DNA of 64,000 nt from Selaginella moellendorffii (GCF_000143415.4 NW_003314327.1:253735-317734), one strand, 5' to 3'. Positions 1-12,704 are shown, counted from the stretch's first letter. The notes: generated by a model from the sequence alone, not told the origin. Numbers and translations are program-made.

Positions 1-1015
1 TCGGTCCCTCGTTCGGGGAACCTTGGATTATCTGCAAGGTCTCAAGGTGCCTCGTGCTTTTCGATTTTTTTCCCGATTGTTTTTTTCACTTGCTACGCTC
101 TGTCAGATGCTCGGAGTGAAGCGTGTGGAAAGGGTTCTACCGACTGGAACTGCTCTTACAGTTGTTGGAGAAGTAAGTACTCATGGTAGCCTTAATGGTT
201 TTCTTCAATACAACTTTTAGGCAATCAAAGACGATCAAGGAACGCTGAGAATCCAGAGGCCACATAAAGGACCATTTTACGTTACTCCAAAAAGCATCGA
301 TCAGCTGATCGCGAATCTGGGAAAGTGGTCAAGGTGAGTGTGTGCCATCGTTTGGCAATGTATGAGACTTACAGATGCGTTTTGCAGATGGTACAAGTAC
401 ATGTCTTTGGGCTTCACTTTATTCGGTGTTTTCCTTGTGGCCTCACATACCATCAGATATGTCATGGAGAAGCGGAGAAGAGCGGCCTTGAACAGAAGGT
501 ATTCCTCTAAACTCACAACCTTTCTCGCTTGCCGGACTAACAAAATTAGTTTCTTGCCAGAGTAATGGAAGCTGCTGCACGAAGGCGTGAACGGAAAGAG
601 CACGAAGGCAAAGCCCGTCCTCTATTTTGTTTTTATTTTTCCATTGCACTGATTCGTTTGCTTTCTTGTCTGTTATCAGAAGTTGGCGAGTTTGCCAAGG
701 TGGAAACCGCAACAAAACGAGACGGGCGCCTACCCGACCTATGCGTGATTTGTCTGGAGCAAGAATACAACGCTGTCTTTGTCCCGTAAGTTCTGTCGCA
801 CCTAAAGATCTTTTTATTTTTATTTTTTTGCTTTCTCTTCTCTCAAACGGGGGAAAGTGAAGTTTTCTTGGAAGAACTTGTGACTGATTCGCGTGTCCTG
901 GATTGTTCGCAGATGCGGTCACATGTGTTGTTGCATATCCTGCTCGGCTCAGCTGCAAAATTGCCCATTGTGTCGGCGTCGGATCGAGCAGATTGTGAAG
1001 ACTTACAGGCATTAG
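1..1015 (+). CDS. SP1/MUL1-like E3 ubiquitin ligase (GIDE domain, TM, C-terminal RING); 3' portion, 5' end outside window
   Basis: Spliced exons read GLK|MLGVKRVERVLPTGTALTVVGE|AIKDDQGTLRIQRPHKGPFYV...TM...PDLCVICLEQEYNAVFVP|CGHMCCCISCSAQLQNCPLCRRRIEQIVKTYRH*, with TAG at 1013-1015. Confidence 0.9.
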
Positions 1016-1416
1016 AGTTTGGTGCGCTCGAACGCGAAAGAAGAACGGAAACGAAGACGAAAAAGAACGAGTTTTTACTATGGTTTGATTTGGAGCTCTT
1101 TTGTGTACATACAAACGCCAGTTTGGTTTGAATGTGGAGCGTAAGATTCACGTGTGTGATCCGACGGCCCACATCGAGCTTCCGCAACCCTCCACGCGCT
1201 GCGGTACAGTGTACGGCTAGTGGACACGTCAGTGGCGGCGAATATTCGCGTGAGATATACCGCGAGAGAAGACTACCCTATACGATGGCGCTCTTCCTGG
1301 AAGGAGAGGCTGTTCGTCGAGTGACGAGGAGGACGAGGAGCTGGCGATGCGCCATCGCCGCGGCGAGATTTCGTGAGTAGCGGGGATTTTCGATGGATCT
1401 TGGTTGAATCCGTGAA

Positions 1417-2745
1417 ATGCAGGCGCGAGTGAGGGCCAGGGAATCGCAGGTCGAGTTCCTGGCGATGGAGACGAGCAGTCAGGGGATTCCAGCTCCTCCG
1501 GAGGATTTTCGGTGCCCGATATCGCTGGAGGTGATGGCCGAGCCGGTGATCTTGTGGACGGGGCAGACGTATGATCGGCAGTCGATCCAGCGATGGCTCG
1601 ACTCCGGCCACACGACGTGCCCCAAGACGAAGCAGGAGCTCCACGACGACACACGCCTCATCCCCAACTACGCGCTGCGGAGCTTGATCCAGAGCTGGGC
1701 GGCGGCGAATTCGGTGGAGCTCGCCAGTGGCGGCGGCGGCGCTTCTGGCGGCGGTAGCAAGAGCAAGAAGAGCAGCATTTGCAGCAGCGATTCCTCCTCC
1801 AATCGCGCAAGGAAGGAGGCCGTGGAGGCGCTGGTCAGGGGGATCCTGGCCGCCAATCCCGCGTCCTTGATCCGGGACTCGGTCCGCGAGCTCCGGATTC
1901 TGGCCAAGGAGAGCAGGCCCCAGCGCGCGATGATCTGCGAGGCCGGCGGCGTCGCCAAGCTCCTCGACCTCCTCCTCGGCAAATCCCGGCCAGCCTTCCC
2001 CGACCTCCAGAACGAGATTGAGGAGAACGCGGTGGTGGCGCTCCTCAATCTCTGCGCCGACGACGAGAACAAGGTCGGCCTCGTCGCCGAGGGCGCGGTG
2101 GACGCCATCCTCCACATCCTCTCGCGCCACCACCACCAGGCATCCATCGACACCAGGGCCAGCGCCGCGCTCGCAATCACCAGCCTCGCCATGGTGGACG
2201 TGAACAAGGCCATCATTGGGCGGCATCCGGGCGCAATGCCGGGCCTGGTCCGGCTGCTTAGCTCGGGCAGTCCCCGCGGTAAGAAGGACGCGGCCATCGC
2301 GCTCTACAGCCTATGCATGCTACCCGACAACCGGCGCCGCGCGGTAGCCGCCGGCGTCGTGTCCGTGCTGCTGACGGCAGTCGAGAACGACGCGCGGTAC
2401 TGCGCGGCACACCTCGCGGCACCGGCCGAGGGCGAGGCCGTGCTGGCGCTGCTCGACGTGCTTGCCACGTGTCCGGAAGGGAGGGCGGAGATGAGGCTCC
2501 GGCGGGGCGTGGTGCCCGCGTTGGTGAGGGTGATGGGCGCCGCTGGTGACTCGGCGGTACCACTGAGGGCGCGGGAGAGCTGCGCCGCCGTGCTGTATGC
2601 CGTGTGCTGCGAGGACGCTACGTGGACGGCCATTGCGCGCGACGCCGGGGCCGCCGCGGTGGCGGGGGAAATGGCGCGCGGACTGAATGGGGAGTGCCGC
2701 GCGGCGCGAAAGGCCGCCAGCCTCGTCCAGCTGCTCAGTGCATAG
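1417..2745 (+). CDS. Plant U-box/ARM-repeat E3 ligase (PUB), single exon, no N-terminal UND domain
   Basis: U-box motif PEDFRCPISLEVMAEPVILWTGQTYDRQSIQRWL...TCPKT...LIPNYALRSLI followed by ARM repeats (ENAVVALLNL, GKKDAAIALYSL). An alternative ATG lies at 1465. Confidence 0.93.
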   Translation: MQARVRARESQVEFLAMETSSQGIPAPPEDFRCPISLEVMAEPVILWTGQTYDRQSIQRWLDSGHTTCPKTKQELHDDTRLIPNYALRSLIQSWAAANSVELASGGGGASGGGSKSKKSSICSSDSSSNRARKEAVEALVRGILAANPASLIRDSVRELRILAKESRPQRAMICEAGGVAKLLDLLLGKSRPAFPDLQNEIEENAVVALLNLCADDENKVGLVAEGAVDAILHILSRHHHQASIDTRASAALAITSLAMVDVNKAIIGRHPGAMPGLVRLLSSGSPRGKKDAAIALYSLCMLPDNRRRAVAAGVVSVLLTAVENDARYCAAHLAAPAEGEAVLALLDVLATCPEGRAEMRLRRGVVPALVRVMGAAGDSAVPLRARESCAAVLYAVCCEDATWTAIARDAGAAAVAGEMARGLNGECRAARKAASLVQLLSA

Positions 2746-2894
2746 TGAGCGATCTTCTTCCTCCTATCTTAGTCATAGCTAAATTATTTTTGTTGTAACA
2801 CCATAACTTCTCTTGTTATATAGCCAATGTATGTTGTAAAATGGCCAAAGATCTTGTTTACTCCTGTTTCTTTCGTCTTGGAAGATTTGGATTA

Positions 2895-4002
2895 TCAATC
2901 GCCACCGCCCCGGATGGTAGTGTTCTTGACAATCTGGAGAAAAGAATTACACGTCAATACGTATCTATTGTCGACAAGAAATCTAGTCATGCAAAAAACA
3001 TTGGCATCTGAAGAAGAAAAAGAAGAGATTGCGTAGCGTACCTGTCGGAGCATGTAGTTTTCTCTTTGAAGCGTCGCGTTTTTCTCCTCCAGCTCTGCGT
3101 TTCTAGTTTCCAGATCCTTGGCCTTTTGCTCCAGCTCGACCAAGTAAGCCTTTTTGCGCTCTCGGGCCTGTTGTGCCGACACGCGATTCCTCAGCAACCT
3201 GTTCAAACCACCAGAAAAAAAAAAGAAAAAAAAAAAAGAGATATTTTTCTTAATATGGACATTTCTGGAACTTCTAAAAAGGAAAATTACCTCTTTAGTC
3301 GCTTGCCTTCCTTGTCATTGGAAGAGCCTCCGGATCGCCTTCTCGACGACGAGCTTCCACCGACAAGCTTCTGAGAGCGACCTTTGCTGCTCTTCTCGGG
3401 GAGCTCGGGCACTCGTCTGATATCCGAGTCGCTATCGTTGCCTTCGTCTGCAATATTCAATCGATCGCGAGTAAACACGCGAGCAACAGGAGAAAGAAAA
3501 CGAAAGACCAATGGTCACGCACCGTCTTTCTTCATGTCCGATGAGCCGGAGATGTTCGAAACAGAGGGCCTGTCTGATCCATGCCTCGATGACGAATTCG
3601 TCCAGTTGGACTCGCTCGTCCAATTCCTGGTGATGGTGTCGGTGGCGCTGTTTGGTGGCTCCAAAGGTTGGATTTTTCCGTCGATGACGGGCTTCCAAGC
3701 CCCTGCAAACGACTTGCAGCCGAAATTGGCAATGCTGGCCGCCGCCTGGCTCTCGTATCCAACAGACTCGATATCACACTCAGCTGAAGAAACCAAAACA
3801 CGGAAGAAGAGCTCTCATCAGGATCAAGAAACGAATAAAAAAATCTAAACTTCTACTCACCTTTGAGGCTGCTCAAATCATCCACGACCTCGGCATTCTC
3901 CGCTGCTTCACCACCAATCGAGCCTTTCTTCCGCGACAAATTCTCCACCCCGCCGGGATTGAAACTCGCAACCGGCCTCTTCACCGCGGACGCCGATCGC
4001 AT
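2895..4002 (-). CDS. HY5: HY5-like bZIP transcription factor with long N-terminal extension
   Basis: COP1-binding motif [12 protein letters not shown] and bZIP KRLKR|[18 protein letters not shown]...[10 protein letters not shown]|IVKNT. Exon 1 from ATG 4002 splices in frame (GTGAG donor at 3860, CAG acceptor at ~3784). Confidence 0.88.
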
Positions 4003-4139
4003 GACTGAATAGATACTCCTCACACCCCCGAGTCACCGCATTGCGATGGAACCAAAGTTCGCCCCTCCCCCAAGCACTAGCTCGATCCGGACACCGGAAG
4101 CTCTTGGACCGCTTTCAGCTTCTCGGCTAAGAGAGAGAG

Positions 4140-4325
4140 ATATTTCACGTGACTATAAGCTGTCTTTCACCGGCGGCCCCGGTTCCACCCGGTCACCCGC
4201 GACTGCATCGAACTCACCCACGCGGCAGCAACCGGCCGGCACCGGCCGAGACGGTGAAGATCACAGAACCGGCCACGTCGCCCGGCCAATCTAAACCACG
4301 CACGTATAGATAGACCACGTAGCCG
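4140..4325. promoter_or_regulatory. Cluster of ACGT-core (G-box-like) elements upstream of the HY5-like gene
   Basis: CACGTG 4146-4151, CACGTC ~4274-4279, CACGTA 4301-4306 and 4316-4321. Confidence 0.5.
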
Positions 4326-4659
4326 GCCAGCCCACCGTCGGATCCCCCGGAGCTCGACGGCCCGATGCCGTCCACGAGCCCGAGGACCATCTTTTCATTT
4401 CCTTCGCTCGCAGCGCCAAAGCTCTTAGACGGTTTTGCTGTCGCCATCCTCAAACACGAAGAGATCGTCACTGCGGAAAGCCGACTCGTCTAAAGTTGTG
4501 CTCGCCGATGCATTTGCCCGCGCTGATAGTGCTGTTGCCACTTAAAAGAATCTCGTCCTTTTCCTCCTTTACTTTGTGTCGCCAAACTTCGCCGCCCACT
4601 GTACCAGATGATCTTTCGCTGCGAAGAGAGTGGCCAGACTTCTCCTTGCCGATGATTAG

Positions 4660-6301
4660 CTAGTCACTGTTCTTTGTTCTTGTCCTTCCCGTACTACGGC
4701 AGAAGCAATCCGGTAACGGTAGATTTCTCCCGGTGAAGAGGCTTGAGCTGTGAACTTCCCACATTCGCTGAGCGAGCTCGGCACCGCTAAGTCCCGACGA
4801 TACTGAGGTTGCGAAAGCTTGCCTGTTGAGTACCAGCGTCTTGCCACTGCCGTGCATTGCTCGCATTGCCACCACCATCTTGTCCATGTTTCCGAAGTAA
4901 GTAGCCACGTAAATGTCGCTGTGGACGGCTACGTAGTAGTCCAATGCCGCTTTGCTGTTGCCGTGCAAGCCTTTCAGAGCGTCGGCGCCGAGGATGGCGA
5001 GCTTCCGATATATGTTGGGGTATACTCTGGAAAAGGCCGTCTCCTCGAGGAGGCCAGAGCCGGAGGCGAGATAGATTGGCATGGTGGTGGGAACTCTGAG
5101 TGCCTGGAGGACGAACGCAGCTTCTCCGGGAGTAAGCGGACACTTTCCCCTGTTTCTCCATGATTCCGCGAGGCTGCCGGTGAAAGGTGCTTTGTTGTCG
5201 CGAGCGGCTTCGATGGCGTCTAGCGAGGCCTTCGAGAGGTTGGAATACGTGCACCTGCTGTACGCGATCATGTCCGGCTCGAATCTCAAATGGAGTGCTA
5301 GAAACGGACGGGGAATCGCGTCCAAGACCGTTTGAGCTGTGTTCTCAAGACGCTGCACGAGACGGAGAGCTTTATAGCAAGCTTGACACCGTGACGCTTT
5401 GGCCCATAGTGGATACCTGCATGCATATACGGGAAGAAGTTGAAGCCTCTCGAGAAGAAATAAAAGAGAAAACCACTCACCTGTCCGATCTTTGGCTTGC
5501 CGCGGGTCGAATGATTACTACTTTCTCTTTGAGTAACACGGGCAAAACAGCCTCAACGTAATCAAAGAGCTTCTTTTTCTGGCAGTCGATCAGCACCGTT
5601 TTCTTGGAAGCGTAAGGGGGAGGAAGCTCCTTTACAACGCGAACGTAACCCTTCATAGTTTCGATAAAAAAATCCGCATCGAAAATGTCAGAAAAGCCAC
5701 TAAACCATCACACAGTCAGTCTTGAATAGAGATTGATTGTCTGAAAGAGAGAAACGCTAGAAAAACTATGAGTCTTCGTTGCTTTGAGTAGCATACACAC
5801 CTTGAATCGTTCCAATACGGAGTTCCTTCAAATTGAGGTAGCAGCAGTGTCGCGTTTAGAAGACGTGCAACTCCAACACCATCGCAAAACTGCACGAAAC
5901 TCGTGAGCTCTCAACACGCATTGAAACTGTGACACTTACATCCCTTCGCATTTGATTGAGGCCCCCATTGCAATCCACAATAATGTAGCCATTGCTCACA
6001 CCGGGAAGAGCTGCAAGAAAAATCCATCCATTCAACCAAACTTGCACAATCTCACAATCCTACCATGCTGCAGATCATTCCACCACGAGCATTGCTCGAA
6101 ATCACGCCTACCACTCGGATCACTCCACCAGATCTGATTGTAGGACACTCCGCTGAGCCTACCGACACGCAGGAGATCAAAAGATTTCTTGCTCACAAAG
6201 CATGCGCATTTCACTTACATCCTGGATCTCGGAAGCGATCGCAGCGAAGCGATCAAGACGAGCAGCGAGAAGAATCCCGCCACGAGCAGCCCTCGCTTCA
6301 T
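4660..6301 (-). CDS. O-fucosyltransferase-family (DUF246/GT106-like) Golgi glycosyltransferase
   Basis: N-terminal TM segment MKRGLLVAGFFSLLVLIASL; motifs NGYIIVDCNGGLNQMRRD, FLALHLRFEPDMIAYSRC, GKCPLTPGE, AALDYYVAVHSDIYVATYFGNM; multi-exon. Confidence 0.92.
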
Positions 6302-6820
6302 TGGAGAAATGGAAAATATTTTTAGGGCTTACAAGAAAGTATAGAACTCGAATCGAACACACGAAGGTTTTTCGGCCGGACAGGATCGACGGCTGAGAAA
6401 AACGCAGTGACATAACAGGGCAGATCCTAGCCGTTGGATGCTGACGGGTTTGGTTGACGGCTGGCCTTTGCATTTTGACGGGCAAGCGGCCAGTAGAAGA
6501 AACACACGACTGGAAGAAAAGGAGCTCCATTTCCCAAGGATCATATGGCCGGGCAGCGATCCAGGTAACAGATCACGCTCGGCGGCGCCGGCGGCGGGGC
6601 TAGGGCGCTGATCCAGCGCTGCGTTCGCTCGATCTGACGCTTTAGGGTAGGAAATCATGGCGGAGAGCAGGAATTCGACGATCCAGTGGAATGCCAGCGT
6701 CGTAATCCTTCGCACCAGGTTGAAGTGAGCCATGGAATCACGGCCGCGAGCGTTGGAATGGCTGCCGTGATGCCCTCTATGGCGATCGCGCTTCAAGACG
6801 CCCCTGCCAGAGCTTCCGCG

Positions 6821-9303
6821 ATGTCGGCAAGATCTAACAAAAAGCAAGATTTGCACGCCGCCGGGAGGCGCCGGGTGAGTGATTCGTCCAAATTTCTTGT
6901 GGAAGTTTTGATCTTTGTTTCTTCTTTTTCCTTCTCTCAGCTGGAGCAATTCAAGAAGAACAAGCGTGAGAAAGCTACCAAGCAAGCTTCTGAAGAACAG
7001 CCTTCCACTTTCGAAGCTCTAGAACCGGTCGATTCAAATGGGGATATCTACACCGCGGCTTTTCCACCGGCGGCTGGCCAGGATCAACACTCTCAGATTC
7101 TTCCGAGCGTCCAAACGGATTTTCCGAGCGTTCTTCCTCCAGATCAATTCGAGCCACCTCCAGCTGAGAACTCCGACCCACCGAGCTACGCCACCACCTT
7201 TGGGAATTCCAACTTCCACTCCACTGACCTTGTACACTCGACCGTGGATGCTCGACACGCCACCATCGACCAACTTCCACACCCAACGACCGATCCTCTC
7301 CCACACTCCACCATTGCTCTTCCACTGGAGAGTGAAGAAGACTCGAGGTATAAGAAAACTTTTTACAGTGACCACTTGGAAAAGGAAAAGCCGGGAACGA
7401 ACATTGCCGAGAGTGAACAACGGCCAGCAACTCTATTCCAACCGTCGTCAAATTTTGCCGCTGCGAAACAAAAGCCACCTCGTTCGCACTCCTCGGACTC
7501 TCTCTTTCGACCTCTTCGTGCTGCTGTGCCCGAAGTAACGAATGGTGATGCGGCTGTCAAGTCCACGCCAGTGACAAGACATCACATAGACGAGCCACGG
7601 TACGAGGCACAAAGACCACTAGCGCCTTTTGCGAATGATGAGACACCTTTGAGTTCCTCCCGCAAAGATGACTTCGCTGCATTGGAACAGGTAAGAGAAA
7701 TGGTTCTTCCGCGATTGCTATTGACTGAAATGCATTTGTTTTTACAGCACATTGAGGACTTGACGCAGGAGAAGTTTTCTTTGCTACGCGGTCTAGACAA
7801 GGCTAAGGCGTTGGTGGAGACACTGACTCAAGCCAACTCTGCTCTCACGGAGGATTATAATCAGCAGGTTGTTTCAATCATCCTCAAACAGCTATTCTTG
7901 ATTTTATCTTGCTGCATCGAGATTAGCTGTTTGCTATCCAGTGTGATAATAGTGTCGGTTCAGTGCTTTGCAGGGTGCCAAAGTAAACGAATTGAAAGAT
8001 GAACTTGCAAGATTTCAGCAAGAGTTTCGCTCGCAAGAGGTATGCATGTACCGAACACATGTTAGCAAAGTTACACACCCTGTGTTATTGTTGCAGGCCG
8101 TGCTTAAAAATCTAAAGGCGGAGAGGGACAGAGCAGTTCAGGAGAGCACCTCAGCAGTTGAACGTTCTCGAGGTTTCGCTGCAGAGATTGTTGGCCTTGA
8201 GGAGAAGGTCAGCTCGTTTACATGTTTCATTTTGATTCCGATCGTCAGTCATTTTGTTGTACAGATTTTGAAAACTCGATCGCAAGAGCTAAAGTCGCAA
8301 AAAGAAGTCCAGTCTTTACGTGCGGAAGTTGAATCATGCAGGTCAGCTTTGCAATTGCATTTCAGTTCCTTTGTTTTGATCAAAATACTTTAATTTTTGC
8401 AGAAGGCAGATTCTATCAATAGAAAAGGATCGCCTTAATGCCATTTCTTTGAATGACGCATTGCAGGAAGGTTTGTCTCGATCACGTGTTACTTGTGTGA
8501 TGGCTGACTGGCTATATTTCAGAAAAGAAGCTCCTGCTGTCTCGCATTCGTGAAGCGGCAGATAAAACGTATCCTATCAAGTCAGCATCCACAGAAGACG
8601 CTTCAACCTCCACCGACGATCTCGGTAATTATTTCTGCAAGATTTGGCTAGTATATTGTCTCCGATTGTTTCTTCTTGCAGTTATAGAGCGCGAGCCTCA
8701 GGCATCGGATTCAGATCAAGAGCCGTCCGTCTTCGCGTATCCAACCTCACTGCCTGAAGACCAGTTGGGAATTATAGAAAGTATCAATGCTCTAGTAACA
8801 GAGGTACGCCAAAAAGATTTCTCCTCGCTGGTAAAACATGGTTTCTTTTTCTTTTTAATAGTTGGGAGAAGAAAAGGAGGCACTCTTAAGATTACTCAGG
8901 AATGAATCGAATGCGGTCACTCAACTAAAGGTGTAACTAGTGGATACTGTTTCTTGCTGTCTAATCAAAATCGGTGCTGGTGTTGCAGGTTGAGAACGCC
9001 GAGTTGATGCAAAAATTAGAGAGCCAAACGCAGCAACTGGAGCTCGCAGTGGCCCAAAGCATGGCTCGCTCTGCACCTTTGGTGTCGCCTATAGCTTCTC
9101 ACCAAAGTAACGAGGAACTGGATTACATTGACGAGGGAGACGAGGTGAGAGCTTTACACACACAAAGTTCATCTTCTAAAGTCTCTCTTTTTGTTTTGTT
9201 TTCTCCCCTATTTCCTTAGGTTGTTGATCGTGTACTGGGCTGGATAATGAAACTTTTCCCGGGCTCTGGCTCCTCTAGGCGTGGCGGAAGCAAGCATTTG
9301 TGA
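6821..9303 (+). CDS. BLI: BLISTER-like coiled-coil protein
   Basis: N-terminus KKQDLHAAGRRR|LEQFKK; central DDFAALEQ|HIEDLTQEKFSL; C-terminus LESQTQQLEL...DEGDE|VVDRVLGWIMKLFPG, with TGA at 9301-9303. Confidence 0.85.
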
Positions 9304-9899
9304 AGAGAGCTAAGTTGATTCTTTCCAATAATTTGATTGGTTTTGCGTCCAGATAATAAACTGGAAACTAGTTTCTATTATCTCTTCAGGAAATCAAGCG
9401 TTTTTAAGAGGTACGATTTAAGAGAACTCAAGATAAACATGATCTATAGATTGCTTGAAGTTTCCAGTGAAAGCCCAATACCTCCACCCGTACCATCCAC
9501 TGGTTTTGAAGGAAGCGAACCCATTGAAAGATACAACTTGAAAGCACTGGAGGCTCTCTTCAAAGAAGCTTGTGCTTGGAGTTGGATCTTTGATTTCCCA
9601 TTCTTGAAACTCCAACTTCACAAGAGCTGGAAGCACTGCAATTAATTTCCCTTTTGAGAGTGAAAGTTGCTCTTGAGCACTTTTTTGGGTGGCACCTTTG
9701 GCACGTCGAGAAGCAGATTCAAATAAAGAATGTTCTGAAATAAATTCAGGTTAGGGTTGTAAATGTACTTACCTGATCAACAAGACGACTATAACAACAG
9801 CTAACTACAACTTCCAGCCAGGAGTCACACGACAAATCCAAGAGTGTAGATCCAAACAAACAAAACGCTATCGCTCGGTGCATGCATCCTGTGTTTTAC

Positions 9900-10190
9900 T
9901 GCCGGATCAATCGCCCTCAAAGCACCACCAGCGCGATCAGAGAGTTCACCACGTCTCCAATCAAAGGCCTGTAGCTTGGTTCTATAGAACAGCAGCAGCA
10001 GCGACCTACACACGGATCTTGCATTAGAATCATCAAGTCAGCCAGCACTGGCAACAAACAAACCAAAACCGAAAGAAGACGAAGAGGAAGAGGAAGGGCA
10101 CTTACTTGGAAGAGTTGCTTCAAGTTGACAGTATCCTTGAACGCAGCATCCACAATGAGGGTAAACCTGGTGTGGTCACTCAGATATATT
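9900..10190 (-). pseudogene. C-terminal fragment of a receptor-like (cytoplasmic) kinase
   Basis: LIVDAAFKDTVNLKQLFQ|...EPSYRPLIGDVVNSLIALV resembles kinase subdomain XI; it is frameshifted and has no upstream kinase exons. Confidence 0.7.
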
Positions 10191-10565
10191 GGTGCAAACA
10201 GCACCAATTGGTGGTGATCCTATCTACGCTCTCTTTACCATGGGTGGAGCTTGTTTGAAGATGCAGCAGGAATGTTTGCATTTATGGGAGCACTATTGAT
10301 TCTCTCTGGACAAGGTTGCAATCTTTCCACTTTTCATTTTTGTCTTGGATTTGTAGAACTATTAACTTGGCTCTCTTTGCTTCAGGAGTTTCTTCGCAGC
10401 AAAGCATATCCATTGCTCACTGGCTGTGCACAGTTTCTCTTCCATTGGCTCACCAGAGATAACCACGGAATGCTCGTGACTAATCCCTCGACATCTCCTG
10501 TGTTTATAGTGCCAGATGGAAAACAGGCATCAGTGAGCTACACAAGCGCTATGGATATGGCGAAT
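10170..10565 (+). pseudogene. Internal fragment of a GH95 alpha-L-fucosidase
   Basis: APIGGDPIYALFTMGGA...LHLWEHY*FSLDK|EFLRSKAYPLLTGCAQFLFHWL...LVTNPSTSP.VFIVPDGKQASVSYTSAMDM; contains an internal stop and deletions, and ends abruptly in an A-rich tract. Confidence 0.8.
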
Positions 10566-11092
10566 GAAAAATAAAAAAGTGAAAATTTTTTTACGTGCTT
10601 TGAAATTCAATGAAAAGGACAAAATGTATGAAAGAAAACAAATTATTTTCTTTTCAAAGCGAGTATTTATCAGTGTTAAACACTTCGCCCTTGATCGCGT
10701 CCTTCTTTCCTTCTTGAGCTTTTGTTGGAGGGAGCGTATCTGTGAGAATTCTCCCCGTGAATCTCCTTCTTCGAAAGCGAGCTACCAGGATCGACGAGCA
10801 CTTTTTCCAGAACTGCCATAGCCATCCCTGCCAAGAGGCAAGACAAGATCTTAACAGGATGAAACTCAAAGAAAGTAAAAAAGAGCTCTGAACGAAAACT
10901 TGGGACCTGTGATTGTGGGGGGGCCTGGGAGGGTGGAACTCCTTCAACCTGCAAAGCAAACACTTGCACACGGCTGTTAGTACCCGGCGGCCAGCGCCGC
11001 TTTATTTTGGCCCATGATCTGGGCCTTACCGCGCCAGAGAGCATGGACCGCATGCACAAAAACTAAAAAGAAAAAAAGAAATCAATCAAGAG

Positions 11093-12704
11093 TTACCGAA
11101 TGCAGCGGCTGTTTAGCGCACTGGATGAGGCTTTCGTCCTGACCGCTGTCGCCTTTGTTGTGTCGGGTGTCCCGAACACCTGCCAGAAGCGCAAAGTCTC
11201 GTCGCCAGCGGCCGATGCCACAGTATAACCATCGGGACTCTGCAAATACAAAGGTATGTCTCAAGCACTTTCCTAAGAAAGAAAGGGAGCAGACCTGTGC
11301 CATATGCAGGACCCTCGAGGTGTGCCCGGTCAGCTCCGCCATCTTCACCATCGACGGGTACTTCCAGAGAATGAGCTGGTTCTGGCTGAAGCCGTGAGAG
11401 CTCAGAAGCTCCCTCTCGTGCTTGCTCCACTGCAATGCGCACACCTGAGAGGCCGTGTCCACGCTTTGGATGCAAGCTCCAGTGTGCGTGTTCCAGAACT
11501 TGATGCACCGGTCCGCGGTACCTCCTCCGGAAGCCAAGAGATTGCTCTGGAAGGGACACCACGCCAGCGCTTTCACCGCTGCCTGATGCTCGTCGAGACG
11601 GTGGAGATAAGTGCTGTTTCCTCGTGAGGCGGCCGCGGCGGCATCCCAGACGTAGAGAAGGTTGTCATTGCCACCACTCGCTAGCTGCTGTCCGGAGGGT
11701 GACCACTTAAGACCGCAAACCTCCTGCTGGTGTGCCGCCATCTTGCCAGTGACATGCTCGCGAATCCTCACGTCGTGGTTGAAGATGACGTTGTCGCGAC
11801 CGCCGGTGCTGAGGATGGGCCCGTTCCAAGCAAGACTTCCAACTCGGGCGGTATGAGCCTTGAGAGATCTCACCTGCATGAACAAACCGTTTGGTGAGTA
11901 CAAATGCTTCCACTCTATACGTGAATCAATCACACGCAAGTAAAGAAGGCAAGATCTACAGAAAACGAGCAACGAAGAGTACCTGGCGTAGAGAAAACGC
12001 ATCCCAGAGTTGAACGTCCGCGTTGTTTAACCCGACCGAGATGTGCTTGCCATCCGGCGCCCAGGAAACGCTGGTGACGGGACCATCATCCTCGCTTACT
12101 TGCATGAGCTCCTCGATACCACCGGTGGTAGCGTTCCAGAGATAGACAGTGTGTCCCAAAGCAACAGCGAGTATGTTGTTCGTTCCCCAGTCCAAAAGGT
12201 TGAGATAATAGTCGTCTAGAATCTCTGGCGCATCGAGAGTTCTCTCGGGAGCCTGGAAAGGGTAATTGGATCAGCGGAAAAAAAGAAAACGATCGAACAA
12301 AGAAATCGATGGAAGCTTACCTGAGGGATCTGTCTAAACATCCTCCGGGGCTTGGACGCGCCTGGAGCAGTGTTCTCGGAGTAGAGCAGCCTCGATTCTC
12401 TCTCAAACCCCTCTGGTGGCGGCGGCGGCTTGCTCTTGAAGGCGAGGATCCGGCTCTTCTTCTGGAAAATATTGGCGTCGCGCAAGAGATTCTCGGCCAG
12501 TTGCTTCTTGTACTCTTCCTGGGAGCAGTCGGATCGAAGCGGCTGCTGCTGGAGCTGCGAATTCTCCTTTCCAAGAACAAGCATGTTGGCGACGTCGAAA
12601 TTCATGGCGCTGCGATCCGGAATGAATCGATCGATCTGTGGCAGCTTCTTTGCGGGCGTTGCAGCCGGATCTTTGCCGCCGTTGGAGCTGATCAGGGCGG
12701 CCAT
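11093..12704 (-). CDS. CDC20: APC/C co-activator CDC20 (fizzy), WD40
   Basis: C-box DRFIPDR, Mad2-binding RILAF, WD40 repeats ([25 protein letters not shown]) and C-terminal IR tail with TAA at 11093-11095. Confidence 0.95.

Noticed and set aside
1229-2633. Long antisense and alternative-frame ORFs over the U-box gene
   Set aside because: Expected shadows of a GC-rich coding exon; no independent motifs.
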